From: an uncultured Chloroflexia bacterium
GTDB lineage: Bacteria > Chloroflexota > Limnocylindria > Limnocylindrales > CSP1-4
Direction: 5' to 3'
Length of the DNA: 64,000 bases
Assembly (NCBI GenBank): GCA_963813305.1
Contig: CAWEYP010000006.1
Coordinates: 123,048 to 187,047 of the forward strand
Shown: positions 53,486-62,459 of the stretch, one piece after another
How positions within the stretch are numbered: the stretch's first letter is position 1
Layout of the letters: every line of letters begins with the position of its first letter
Program-made: the position numbers and the translations under genes
The notes under the pieces: model-generated
What the model saw: the letters and a program-made list of their open reading frames with translations, nothing else
The model's database searches: none
What the model was told of the DNA's origin: nothing

Positions 53486-55738
53486 ATGGGCGTCGCTCGC
53501 CGTCGCATGCTGGAGCTGGCCGACGGGGAGCAGGCCGATCGCCTGGCCCTGTCACTGATCGAGTCGCGCTTTCGACCGCCCCTACCCCGGCTTCGGCTCG
53601 TCCGCCGCGAAAGCGTCCTCTTCAGGCTCGACAACGGCAGCGCGCCTCTCATCGTCATCGCTGCACCCGGCGGCTTCGGCAAGACCATCACGCTCGCGCA
53701 GTGGGTGCGGACTGAAGCACGCCCGGTCGCATGGCTGCAGGCTGACGAGGCAGATGACGATGCGCTGCTCTTCCTAACCTATCTCGCGTCGGCGCTGGAC
53801 GACATCGTCGAGATCGATCGCCGAGTGTGGAGCTGGCTCCGGCTTGCGCCGCCGCCCGTCACCACGCGCATCCTGCCGGCCATCGCCGGGGCAGTTGCAG
53901 CAGCGGAGCCCTTCCTGTTCGTCATCGACGATGTGCACCTCGTCAGCAACCCCGCCTGCTGGCGAATGATCAACCTGGTGATCGACCAGTCACCACCAGG
54001 CTCTCAGGTATGCCTTGCGGGTCGCGTCGAGCCCCTGCTGCCGCTCGCGCGTCTTCGCGCGGAGGGGCGGCTGCTCGAGCTTGGTCCTCGCGAGCTGGCA
54101 TTTACGTCGCGGGAGATCGACCAGCTCCTCGCTCTACAAGGGGCGCCGGCCGACAGTGCGACCGTGGCCCGCCTCGCTGAGTTGACCGACGGCTGGGCAG
54201 CCGGGCTGTATCTTGCCGTGCTCGCCGGCTCGGAGGTGCCGGGACACGATTGGCTGGCGAGCATCCGCGGTGACCGCCACGGCATCGCGCGTTATCTCGC
54301 GACCGAGGTCCTGCATCGCGAAACCCCGGAAATGCGTCGCTTCCTGTTGCAGACCTCGATCCTTGAGCGGCTCTCGCTGGGTCTCTGTCGGGTGGTGACC
54401 GAGAACCCAAGGGCCGGGGAGTTGCTCCAGAGGGCTGCCCGCGACAATCTGTTCGTGACGGCGCTCGACGACGCCGACGAGTGGTTCCGCTACCACCACC
54501 TCTTCGCCGAATTCCTGATGGCTGAGCTGGCGCGTGGCAACGAGTCCGAGGTGCGCGCGCTCCATGCCCGCGCTGCGGCGTGGTTCGAGGCGCACGGGGC
54601 GCCGGACGAGGCGGTTCGACACTGGCTGGCTGCGGGCGATGCACGTCGCGCCGGCCTGATCGTCTGCTGCGCACACGCCGATTACTCGAGTCGCTCACGC
54701 CATGAGACGATTCGCCGCTGGCTGGAGATGTTCTCGGACGAGCAGATCCTTGCCGACCCGGCGCTCACCATCATTGCCGGCAACTCGACCCCGATGACGG
54801 GCGACTCGCGCCCGCGGGCTCGCCGTTGGCTCACCGCCGCCCTCCTTCTGAAGCCTGGTGACGACGTGATGCCCGGCACGAACATGCCGTTGGGCGCCCT
54901 GCACGCGATCCTCGTCGGAGAGCTAGCCCTCGGCGGGGTGAGCCAGATGCGTCGGTGCGGAGAAGAAGCGGTCCTGCTGAGCCGGTCCGGTGACCTGACC
55001 GTGCAGGCCGCGGCAGAGGTGCTGCTCGGGCAGGCCCTGTGGCTTGCCGGCGACTCTACCCGGGCCGAGCCGCATCTGCGGGCAGGCGAGGAGGCGGGTG
55101 CGGTGGCGCACTGCCTCATGCAGATCACGGCCATCGGGCTGCAGGCGCTCTCGCTCGCAGATCAGGGTCGCTGGAAAGAAGCGCGTGCGAAGATGGCGGC
55201 AGGCCTCGCACGGTTCGGCGACGCGGGGCTGCGATGGGCTCCGCCCCACTTCCCACTCCTGCTGGCCCAGGTGCGGCTCGAGGCTCACGATCGAGGACCC
55301 GATGTCACGGGACTGGTAGCCGAAGTTGCCGACTTCATCGGCTACCCCGAGATCGGCCCCTTCCCGGTGCTCACGTCCCAGGTCATGGTGGCCGAGGCAC
55401 TCGCCGACTGCGGCGACGTCGACGCCGCCGAACCGTGGGTGCGTGACGGTCTTGCCACGCTCGCGACGTACCCGGATGCAGGCATGCTCGGCGGGCGGCT
55501 GCTTCGGCTGCGCGGCCTGCTCGAGCAGCGCCAGCTCGTCGAGCCGCTCACGACCGCTGAGCGCCGAATCCTCGAGTTGCTCCCGAGTGAGCTCAGCGAG
55601 AAGGAGATAGCGCGACGGTTGCTGGTCTCTCCAGAGACCGTCCACTCGCACGTAGCGGCCGTCTATCGCAAGCTCGACGTCCACGTCCGGAGCGAGGCCG
55701 TGGAGAAGGCGCGATCACTCGGCCTTCTTGGCTCCTGA
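53486..55738 (+). CDS. LuxR-family transcriptional regulator of the large ATP-binding LAL/MalT type (intact, 750 aa)
   Basis: P-loop (VIAAPGGFGKTITLAQW), TPR-like middle region, and C-terminal LuxR HTH (LTTAERRILELLPSELSEKEIARRLLVSPETVHSHVAAVYRKLDV). Confidence 0.85.
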   Translation: MGVARRRMLELADGEQADRLALSLIESRFRPPLPRLRLVRRESVLFRLDNGSAPLIVIAAPGGFGKTITLAQWVRTEARPVAWLQADEADDDALLFLTYLASALDDIVEIDRRVWSWLRLAPPPVTTRILPAIAGAVAAAEPFLFVIDDVHLVSNPACWRMINLVIDQSPPGSQVCLAGRVEPLLPLARLRAEGRLLELGPRELAFTSREIDQLLALQGAPADSATVARLAELTDGWAAGLYLAVLAGSEVPGHDWLASIRGDRHGIARYLATEVLHRETPEMRRFLLQTSILERLSLGLCRVVTENPRAGELLQRAARDNLFVTALDDADEWFRYHHLFAEFLMAELARGNESEVRALHARAAAWFEAHGAPDEAVRHWLAAGDARRAGLIVCCAHADYSSRSRHETIRRWLEMFSDEQILADPALTIIAGNSTPMTGDSRPRARRWLTAALLLKPGDDVMPGTNMPLGALHAILVGELALGGVSQMRRCGEEAVLLSRSGDLTVQAAAEVLLGQALWLAGDSTRAEPHLRAGEEAGAVAHCLMQITAIGLQALSLADQGRWKEARAKMAAGLARFGDAGLRWAPPHFPLLLAQVRLEAHDRGPDVTGLVAEVADFIGYPEIGPFPVLTSQVMVAEALADCGDVDAAEPWVRDGLATLATYPDAGMLGGRLLRLRGLLEQRQLVEPLTTAERRILELLPSELSEKEIARRLLVSPETVHSHVAAVYRKLDVHVRSEAVEKARSLGLLGS

Positions 55739-55907
55739 GCGAGGGCGGCCAATCAGCGGCTGCCATGCCGAGCTGACCGAGAAATCGCGACTCACAAGCC
55801 GGTCGATCTCGACCGCGCGCTCCTTGGTCGCCACCCGATTGAAACGGGTCGACGGGGCGCTCGTTCCCAACGTGCGCTGCGAGGACCAGGCGTGGATGAC
55901 GGCCTTG

Positions 55908-55928
55908 CCTCACCCGTTTTAGGTGAGG
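55908..55928 (+). terminator. Candidate intrinsic terminator hairpin (7-bp perfect stem CCTCACC / GGTGAGG, 7-nt loop) about 170 nt downstream of the LAL gene
   Basis: cctcacccgttttaggtgagg. The downstream tract is only weakly T-rich. Confidence 0.3.
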
Positions 55929-56129
55929 CGGATGTTTCGCCTCCTCCCGTACGCTCACGGCCGTGACGGTGCCGACGAATCGCAACCTTCAGGGCGGAGC
56001 AAGCCAACATGATCGGCCGGGCAGTCGTCGGGGCAGTCGACGTCCCCGAATCGGGGACGCTGTCGGGATGCTTCTCGGGAAGTTGTAGCGGCTTCGGGAC
56101 GCGCCTCCCACACCACAAGCCGTGACGTC

Positions 56130-56720
56130 ATGCAATTCACCCGCATGGACAGTGCCTCTGCACCCGCGGTCCCGCGTGACCCGTCACCCGTCCTCGAGCG
56201 GGCACGGCCGGCGGCATACGCCGGCGAGGCGGAGTTCGCTGCCATCTACGAGGAGCGCCGCGGCGAGCTGCACGCGTTCCTCGTCGGCATGACCCGCGAC
56301 GCGGATACGGCGGAAGACGTCCTCCAGGACACATTCCTGCGCCTGGTCCGCGAGGCCCGCGCCGGGCGGATGCCCCATGACGTCCGACCCTGGCTGTACC
56401 GGACCGCTGCCAACGCGGCGATCGACCGGGGCCGCCGGGTCGCCGCGTTCGGCCGCCTCCTGCCACGCCTCCTCGACCGCTCCGAGCCCGCGAGACCGGA
56501 GTCCGAGGCGCTCCGCTCGGAGCGGGACGCGGAGCTCCACGCCGCCCTGGGCCGGCTTGCTCCCGATCGGCGTGCCGCCCTCCTGCTCGCCGCGCGGGGC
56601 TTCTCCGGCCACGAGGTCGCGGGGCTCATCGGGAGGACCGAGGGCGCCACGCGCACGCTCCTGTGCCGCGCCCGCCTCGAGCTGCGCGCCGTGCTCGAGA
56701 CGACGGAGGTACGGCCATGA
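56130..56720 (+). CDS. ECF RNA polymerase sigma factor
   Basis: Region 2 (DTAEDVLQDTFLRLVREARAG...RPWLYRTAANAAIDRGRR) and region 4 (LAPDRRAALLLAARGFSGHEVAGLIGRTEGATRTLLCRARLEL). Confidence 0.8.
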   Translation: MQFTRMDSASAPAVPRDPSPVLERARPAAYAGEAEFAAIYEERRGELHAFLVGMTRDADTAEDVLQDTFLRLVREARAGRMPHDVRPWLYRTAANAAIDRGRRVAAFGRLLPRLLDRSEPARPESEALRSERDAELHAALGRLAPDRRAALLLAARGFSGHEVAGLIGRTEGATRTLLCRARLELRAVLETTEVRP

Positions 56721-56726
56721 GCACGA

Positions 56727-57173
56727 TCAGGCGCCGGAAGCCCCGTTCCAGCGCGTCCAGTCGGACAGCGCTGCCAGCTCGTCGGGTGCCTCGGGTGGGT
56801 CGTTCGGCAGGAGCTGGACGCTGCCGCCCATCCGCCGGTCACGTCGAGCCTCGGCCAGGCTGAAGCGCAGCGCGATCCGGTAGGTCCACGCCTCGAAGCG
56901 GTCTGGATCCCGGAGGCCGGACAGCTCCTGCCAGATCGCCACCAGCGTGCGCGGCACCGCGTCCTCGGCGAGGTCCGGGTCGCGCAGCACGCGGTGGCAG
57001 ACCAGGAACAGCCGGCGGGCGCTGTCGCGAGCGAGGGTCTCGTACGCCTCGCGGTCGCCACGTTGCGCTCGCTCGACCAGCGCGCGGTTCACCGGCCTCT
57101 GCCTCGGCCTCGGCGTCCCGGACGTGCCGGGGCGCTCACCATGTATGAGGCGCCAACTGCCGGATTCCTTCAA
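56727..57173 (-). CDS. ECF sigma-factor-like protein with region 2 only (no recognisable region 4), convergent with the preceding sigma gene
   Basis: LVERAQRGDREAYETLARDSARRLFLVCHRVLRDPDLAEDAVPRTLVAIWQELSGLRDPDRFEAWTYRIA. The tail is not sigma region 4. Confidence 0.5.
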   Translation of the reverse strand: MKESGSWRLIHGERPGTSGTPRPRQRPVNRALVERAQRGDREAYETLARDSARRLFLVCHRVLRDPDLAEDAVPRTLVAIWQELSGLRDPDRFEAWTYRIALRFSLAEARRDRRMGGSVQLLPNDPPEAPDELAALSDWTRWNGASGA

Positions 57174-57269
57174 GGGTGGGAGCGCCTGTTTCGCGGCTCG
57201 AGGGCAGGCGGCACCTGCCGCCCGCGGGGCAGGCTACGGTCGACCGCCTCGCGTGGCGGCAGTCGGGGC

Positions 57270-57505
57270 AGGGAAGCGGTGTAGGCTAGGCTTCGGGGTG
57301 CGGCTCAGGAAGCACATGCGGTTCGCGAGCACGAAACCGGCCGGGGTGTAGCGCAGTGGCAGCGCACGTGCTTTGGGAGCCGTCGGGGCCTCTGCGGCCT
57401 AGGGCCGGAGGCCCGGAGCACGAGACGCCGAGCGCCGTAGACACCGGTTATTGTGCGGTTCGCGAGCACGAAGCTGCCGGACCGGGTACCAGCTTGGCAG
57501 CGGTG
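57270..57505 (+). repeat. Copy C of the structured repeat (full length). The internal 20-mer tgcggttcgcgagcacgaa occurs twice, identically
   Basis: gcggtgtaggctagg ... gcggttcgcgagcacgaaaccggccggggtgtagcgcagtggcagcgcacgtgctttgggagccg ... ccggttattgtgcggttcgcgagcacgaagctg ... ccagcttggcagcg. Confidence 0.75.
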
Positions 57506-57598
57506 GTCGGGCCTAAGGGGGTAGCCCCGCGAGCAGCGACCTTCCGATCACATGCGGCTCGCCGAGCCTCCAGAGCCTTGCGACCTGGTCCGCAGCGC

Positions 57599-57847
57599 AT
57601 GACGCGTCGGCCGTCCCGCCGCCCCGCCGAGCGCGCCACCGACCGCGAGGTCGGCGTGGTCGCAGCGGTCGTCGTCACCGGATCGGAGAAGGCGGCCGCC
57701 CACCGACTCGGCCTGTCGCGCTCGACCGTGAAGCACCACCTTGCGAACGCCCGCTCCAAGGTGGGGGTTGCGACCACGGCGCAGCTCGTGTGGATCCTGG
57801 CACCGCGGCTGCCCGAGCCGGAGGGCGGGGCGCATTCGGACGGATAA
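57599..57847 (+). CDS. Stand-alone LuxR-type HTH protein (GerE-like, 82 aa)
   Basis: ERATDREVGVVAAVVVTGSEKAAAHRLGLSRSTVKHHLANARSKVGVATTAQLVWIL. A second, frameshifted copy lies at 59935..60184. Confidence 0.6.
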   Translation: MTRRPSRRPAERATDREVGVVAAVVVTGSEKAAAHRLGLSRSTVKHHLANARSKVGVATTAQLVWILAPRLPEPEGGAHSDG

Positions 57848-57939
57848 GGGCGGCACCCGTCCACAAGTGCCGTCCGGCAACCGCCCTGGGCGTAGCCTCG
57901 GCCCGCAGACGTCGAGGTCGCCCAGGGAGGAGTGCCGGG

Positions 57940-58444
57940 TCAGTAGATCCAGGGAATGAGGCGCGGCGTCCGGCGGCGGTACTCGGCGTACGTCGGGAAC
58001 ACCTCGCCGAGCCAGGCCTCCTCGCGGCGGGACTTGAGGTCGAAGAACAGCGCGAGCAGGACTCCGCACAGCGAGCGTCGGCCAGGACGCCATCAACAGG
58101 CCCCAGCCGATCGCGAAGAGGACGCCGCCCCCGTACATCGGATGGCGGACGAGGCCGAACGCGCCTTCCTCGATGAGCCGGCCGTCGTCCACGGGGCGCG
58201 GGAACGCCGTCAGCTGTCGTCGCAGCGCGACGACCCCGCCGGCGATGAGCGCGATCCCCCCGGCCATGAGGGCGAGGCCGGCGAGGGCTCCGATCGCGCG
58301 CACGGGGCCGGCCCAAGACGGACCCGCTATGCCCGTGGCGATGACGGCGACGAAGAGGACCGCCTGAAGAGCGACCCAGCCCTCGCCGCGAGGACCGAGG
58401 TCGGGGATGTGGATGCGCGGCGTGCGGCGCGTGGTGGCGGTCAC
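57940..58444 (-). CDS. Isoprenylcysteine carboxyl methyltransferase (ICMT)/phospholipid methyltransferase-family membrane protein. A frameshift lies near 58068
   Basis: RHPMYGGGVLFAIGWGLL motif. The C-terminus (GVLLALFFDLKSRREEAWLGEVFPTYAEYRRRTPRLIPWIY*) is reached by dropping one C in gtgcgga. The GTG start overlaps the upstream stop (GTGA). Confidence 0.65.
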
Positions 58445-58821
58445 CGCTCGGCCCGGCCCTTCGAGAGTACGCCCGCGATCAGGGCGAGGCCGCAGGCGAC
58501 CAGGAAGAGCGCGAACACCGGGATGTAGACACCGGCGATCGTGCCGAACCCGGCGACGAGGGCGCCGGTGCCGAGGATCACGCCGAACCACTCGAATGCG
58601 AGTCCGAGGGCAACGCGCACGGCGGCAAGACCGAGGAGAAGGACGCCGAGACCGACGAGCCAGGTGCCCTCGGGCAGGCTCGGGAAGAGCATCAGGACCC
58701 CGGTCATGAGGAAGAAGATGCCCCAGCCGAGGACGTCGAGGCGGTGGGCCAGGTTGGTGGTGTCTGCGTTGGTGGTGTCTGCCATGCCAGTCATCTGCGT
58801 CTCTCCGGTGGCCCCAGCCAC
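58441..58821 (-). CDS. Small polytopic membrane protein (126 aa)
   Basis: Four hydrophobic segments (GWGIFFLMTGVLMLF...WLVGLGVLLLGLAAV...FGVILGTGALVAGFG...VFALFLVACGLALIAGVL). Operonic with the ICMT gene. Confidence 0.55.
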   Translation of the reverse strand: MAGATGETQMTGMADTTNADTTNLAHRLDVLGWGIFFLMTGVLMLFPSLPEGTWLVGLGVLLLGLAAVRVALGLAFEWFGVILGTGALVAGFGTIAGVYIPVFALFLVACGLALIAGVLSKGRAER

Positions 58822-58877
58822 CCCTCCCGTCGGCCCGACACCTCCATCGGCACCAGCTCACCGACTGCCTGCACCAT

Positions 58878-58968
58878 AACGAGCGAGCGCTCGATTTGAA
58901 AGTGCCAATCGGCTCTATTCGAACGACGGCATCTTGGTACCATTCATGTGTGAGCGCTCGCTCTTGTT
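58878..58968. promoter_or_regulatory. Two related GC-rich palindromes (AACGAGCGAGCGCTCG at 58878-93 and GAGCGCTCGCTCTTGTT at 58953-68) in the divergent TetR intergenic region. These are candidate TetR operators
   Basis: Each site is internally palindromic around GAGCG.GCGCTC. The two sites are reverse complements of each other. Confidence 0.35.
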
Positions 58969-58986
58969 ACCGATCCGGAGGGACCG

Positions 58987-59598
58987 ATGCCGCGCATCTC
59001 GGCCGAGCGTGAAGAGGCGACTCGCCGCCGGATCCTCAAGGCGGCCCGGCAGGTCTTCGTCGAGAAGGGCTTCCATCGGGCGAGCATCGACGATGTCGTC
59101 GCCGCCTGCGGGCTCTCGGTCGGGGCCATCTACACCTACTTCCCGAACAAGGACGAGCTGATCCGGGCGAGCATCCTCGACGCGAACCGCGAGGAATCCG
59201 ACGCGGTTCTGGCTGACACGCGGGCGGCCGGGTCGGTCGGCGAACGGCTCGACCGAGGGATCCGGGGCTGGTGGCGCTACACGATAGAGGCGGAAGGGGC
59301 GCCCGCGTTCCTGGCCGAGGCTTGGGGCGAAGCCTCGCGACGGCCACTGATCCGGGACCTCATGGCCAGGCGCCACGAGCGGGGGATCACGATGACCTCG
59401 ATCATGTTCCGCGAGTGCGTCGAGCGGGGCGATCTGCCCACGCGCATCGACGTCGATGCGCTCGCCCGCACGATCGGGGCGCTCACGGACGGCATGGTGC
59501 TCGAGTACGTCGTCTCCGGCGGTACGCTGCGGTTCGAGGACGCGCAGAATCGCATCCGCCTGGTGCTCGAGGCTGCCATCAGGGAGGCAGCCGCCTAG
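58987..59598 (+). CDS. TetR/AcrR-family transcriptional regulator
   Basis: N-terminal TetR HTH (RRRILKAARQVFVEKGFHRASIDDVVAACGLSVGAIYTYFPNKDEL). Confidence 0.85.
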   Translation: MPRISAEREEATRRRILKAARQVFVEKGFHRASIDDVVAACGLSVGAIYTYFPNKDELIRASILDANREESDAVLADTRAAGSVGERLDRGIRGWWRYTIEAEGAPAFLAEAWGEASRRPLIRDLMARRHERGITMTSIMFRECVERGDLPTRIDVDALARTIGALTDGMVLEYVVSGGTLRFEDAQNRIRLVLEAAIREAAA

Positions 59599-59934
59599 GA
59601 GCCTGGTGTGAAACGCGCGTTCTGACCGGCTGACGAGGGGGGCCGACGCTTGGCGACGGCTCGGAGCGGTTCCGGCAGATCGCCGGTCGGAGGCCCCCGT
59701 CCGGTCCCTGGCCCTGGCCGTTGAGCCGGACCCTGCTCACCCCCTTGGTCAGGTCCTGCTGGTCACCCAGGTTTCGCCTGAACGGCCGAGCCCGAGCACC
59801 GCGAGCCGGGCGAGGTTGACGGCGGCGGCGAGGAGCGAGAAGTCGGCGCCGACCTTGAGCCTGCCGCGGACACGCGCCCGCCTGCCGCCGTGCCGGCGCC
59901 GCACCAGGTGGGCGAGCTTGCGCGCTGGCGCTGA

Positions 59935-60184
59935 CCAGGGCGCCGGACGACGGGCAGGCGACGTTCACCGAACGTGCCACCGACCGCGAGGTCGGCGTTG
60001 TCGCAGCCGTCCTGGTCGCGGGGTCGCAGAAGGCGGCCGCCCACCGCCTCGGCCTGTCGCACTCGACCGTCAAGCGCACCTGGCGAACGCCAGGTCCAAG
60101 GTGGGAGCGGAGACGACCGCGCAGCTCGTGTGGATCCTCGCCCTGCGGCTGCCCGAGGCAGGCGACACCACCTCGGGCGACTAG
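59935..60184 (+). pseudogene. Second copy of the LuxR-type HTH solo gene, frameshifted near 60075 (…STVKR | HLANARSKVGAETTAQLVWILALRLPEAGDTTSGD*) and lacking a clear start
   Basis: Roughly 85% nucleotide identity (estimated by eye) to 57620..57847 over about 230 nt. Confidence 0.45.
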
Positions 60185-60197
60185 AAGTGGGTTCGAG

Positions 60198-60461
60198 TCA
60201 CGCCTCGCGCGCGACTTCCGGCCCGGGAGGCGGTAGCGGTTCCCCCGCCGGGGTGGGCCTCTGCTCCTCCAGGAGGGCGAGGATGCGATCGGTGTTCGCT
60301 CGGATCGCCGTGACGTTCGTGTAGATCCACTTCGGCGGGGACGTGTCAGGCATCGCGGCGATCCGCTCTCCGATGTCCATCTTGCCGACCCCGGACCCAA
60401 GCGCTCTCGCGAGGAGCGCCCCACCGGCGACTATGGCAGCGATGACCCACGCCTTCTTCAT
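60198..60461 (-). CDS. Small secreted/membrane-anchored hypothetical protein (87 aa)
   Basis: RBS gaggagg precedes the ATG. N-terminus is MKKAWVIAAIVAGGALLARA. The start overlaps the upstream gene stop. Confidence 0.55.
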   Translation of the reverse strand: MKKAWVIAAIVAGGALLARALGSGVGKMDIGERIAAMPDTSPPKWIYTNVTAIRANTDRILALLEEQRPTPAGEPLPPPGPEVAREA

Positions 60462-60991
60462 GTGAGCCTCCTCAGGTCAAGAGGACTTCGGCCGCGGGCC
60501 CACAGCCCGATCCCGACACCGAACGCGATGTGGCCGACGAGCATGATCCGGAGGAGCCGCCCGGCCTCCCCCGACCGGAGGCCCAACCAGCCGTAGCCCA
60601 TCGAGGGGAACATGACCAGGAGCGGCAGCACGGCCGTCGAGATGCCGTACACGGTCCCTGCCAGGAAGCTCCGTCTCCCACGCCAGCGAGGCGGCACGAG
60701 CAGGAATGCCTGCGTGAGCGCGACGCCCGTGACGTAGTGGGTGACCAGGCCGAGCGCGAGCTCACCGCGCTGCGCCGGCTCGCGGCTGATGTCGACGCGG
60801 CGCCACCGGCCGCGCAGCAGGCCGGCTGCCCAGCGGCCGATCATGTCCGGGCCGAGACGGTCGGAGCTGAACGCACTCCCACCGAGGACGCCGGCGGCCA
60901 CCATGGCGACGTCCATGCTGATGGTCGCCAGCACGCCCGCCGGAACCCCGGCCGGAACGCGGATCGAGCGGATCGGCCGGACGTCCATCAC
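60458..60991 (-). CDS. DUF2938-like integral membrane protein
   Basis: Hydrophobic 177-aa ORF, translationally coupled to both flanking genes. Confidence 0.55.
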   Translation of the reverse strand: MMDVRPIRSIRVPAGVPAGVLATISMDVAMVAAGVLGGSAFSSDRLGPDMIGRWAAGLLRGRWRRVDISREPAQRGELALGLVTHYVTGVALTQAFLLVPPRWRGRRSFLAGTVYGISTAVLPLLVMFPSMGYGWLGLRSGEAGRLLRIMLVGHIAFGVGIGLWARGRSPLDLRRLT

Positions 60992-62058
60992 TCAACGTTT
61001 CCGGCGGCGAGCATCAGCTCAACCTGCTCGGCGACCCTGCACCCGATCGTCCTGCACCTCGTGATCTGCTCACCGTCGATGTACCTCGACACGCCCCCGG
61101 TGTCGGAGAAGTCGCATCCGGTGATCTTCCGGCACTGGGTGCTGCCGAACTCGCCCGCGAACCACTTCGCCAGCCGGTTCCCGCGGTTCATGCTGGGGTT
61201 GAACTTGTTGAGGTGGTCACCGAAGGCGTCTCCGCCGACCGTCATGATGGCGAGCAGGCGGATGACCCGCAGGCGGCTGTTCTCGATCTCCCCGTCCTTC
61301 AGGCCGATCGCCATCACGCCCGCCGTGAGCGCGCTGCACGTCCTGCCCATGAACAGCGTCCCGCCCATGAACGCCGAGGTGGCATCGAACAGCTCGCGGT
61401 GCTCGGTGGGTGAGTAGCCCAGGTGGCCGAGCACGGCCTGAGCGCAGTGGAACTCGTTCTCCACGAAGTGCGAGTACAGCCTCGAGTAGCCTGCCCTGGT
61501 GCCCTCCGGGATGGCGTCCGACCGGTCGTCGTCGAGCGCGCCTCGCCAGAGCTCCGCCGAGCGCAGGACCGGACCGATGCACTGCCGCGGGAAGCCGTCC
61601 TTCGTTCGGATCTCCCGGCACTGGAGCGTCTGGTGGCAGGCGAGGAAGTCGCGGCACAGCGCATGCCCCCGGTCGAAGATCACCGGGAGACCACGGTCAA
61701 CCTCGCGCAGGCCGTGCTGTGTGCCCATCACCGCGAGGGGCGAGGTGACGGCCCCGCACTCGTGTCCCGTGTTGCCGATGCCCCCCGGCATGCCGGCGCT
61801 CAGCCTGACCAGCCATTCCTTGTCCGTCGACGAGACATCGAGGATCGTCTGCATGGCCGTCGGGGCGCAGTGGCCCATCCTCAGGAGGTTGGAGAAGCCT
61901 CGCCGCCGGTAGCTCCAGTTCGGACCCAGCTCAGGCTTCTGGGGTTGAGTCTGCGTCTCCATCAGATGATCCTTTCGAATCTCGCCCGACTGAGCGGCCT
62001 CGTTCTCCGCACCTTGGCCGGTCGAAACCGCTTGCGGCACGTACGAAACGCGGGCCAC
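60988..62058 (-). CDS. C_GCAxxG_C_C family protein (putative redox-active protein). GC content looks lower than the surroundings. The true start may be ATG 61962
   Basis: Family motif context (LLRMGHCAPTAM...GNTGHECGAVTSPLAVMG...CHQTLQCREI). An aaagga RBS sits before METQTQ. Confidence 0.65.
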   Translation of the reverse strand: MARVSYVPQAVSTGQGAENEAAQSGEIRKDHLMETQTQPQKPELGPNWSYRRRGFSNLLRMGHCAPTAMQTILDVSSTDKEWLVRLSAGMPGGIGNTGHECGAVTSPLAVMGTQHGLREVDRGLPVIFDRGHALCRDFLACHQTLQCREIRTKDGFPRQCIGPVLRSAELWRGALDDDRSDAIPEGTRAGYSRLYSHFVENEFHCAQAVLGHLGYSPTEHRELFDATSAFMGGTLFMGRTCSALTAGVMAIGLKDGEIENSRLRVIRLLAIMTVGGDAFGDHLNKFNPSMNRGNRLAKWFAGEFGSTQCRKITGCDFSDTGGVSRYIDGEQITRCRTIGCRVAEQVELMLAAGNVE

Positions 62059-62459
62059 GCCTATTCGTACCTGATCGCGTCACCGGGCTTCATGTTGGTG
62101 GCGCGCCGGAGAGGGAAGAAGATCACGATCAGCGTGCCGACCATCGCGAAGACTCTTTGAGATCACGAAGCTGGATGAGCGACATGAAGAAGCTCCCTCC
62201 GGTCCAGTCCGCTGTCATGCCAGCACTCGGGTGGGCGGGTCGGTCTCGCCAGTCGCTCGGCGCGGTCCCGGCGGCCGGGGTTGGACCGCGCGTCAGAGCT
62301 TCCCGCCGGCGGTCACGGTAGGCGCCTGCCGGGTCTCTGGCGAGGGCCGAAGGGCCCGGGGCCTACAAGCCACCCGCGCCGGCCGAGCCGTCCTCCGGCC
62401 CGCCGGCAGCGCCGGCATCGCCGCAACCCCGGCGGATGTCCAGTCCTCGGGCCACCAAA

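Noticed and set aside
57548-58861. 437-aa minus-strand ORF
   Set aside because: Only its central section (the ICMT gene, 57940-58444) is protein-like. The rest is read-through of a frameshifted gene plus GC-rich flanks.
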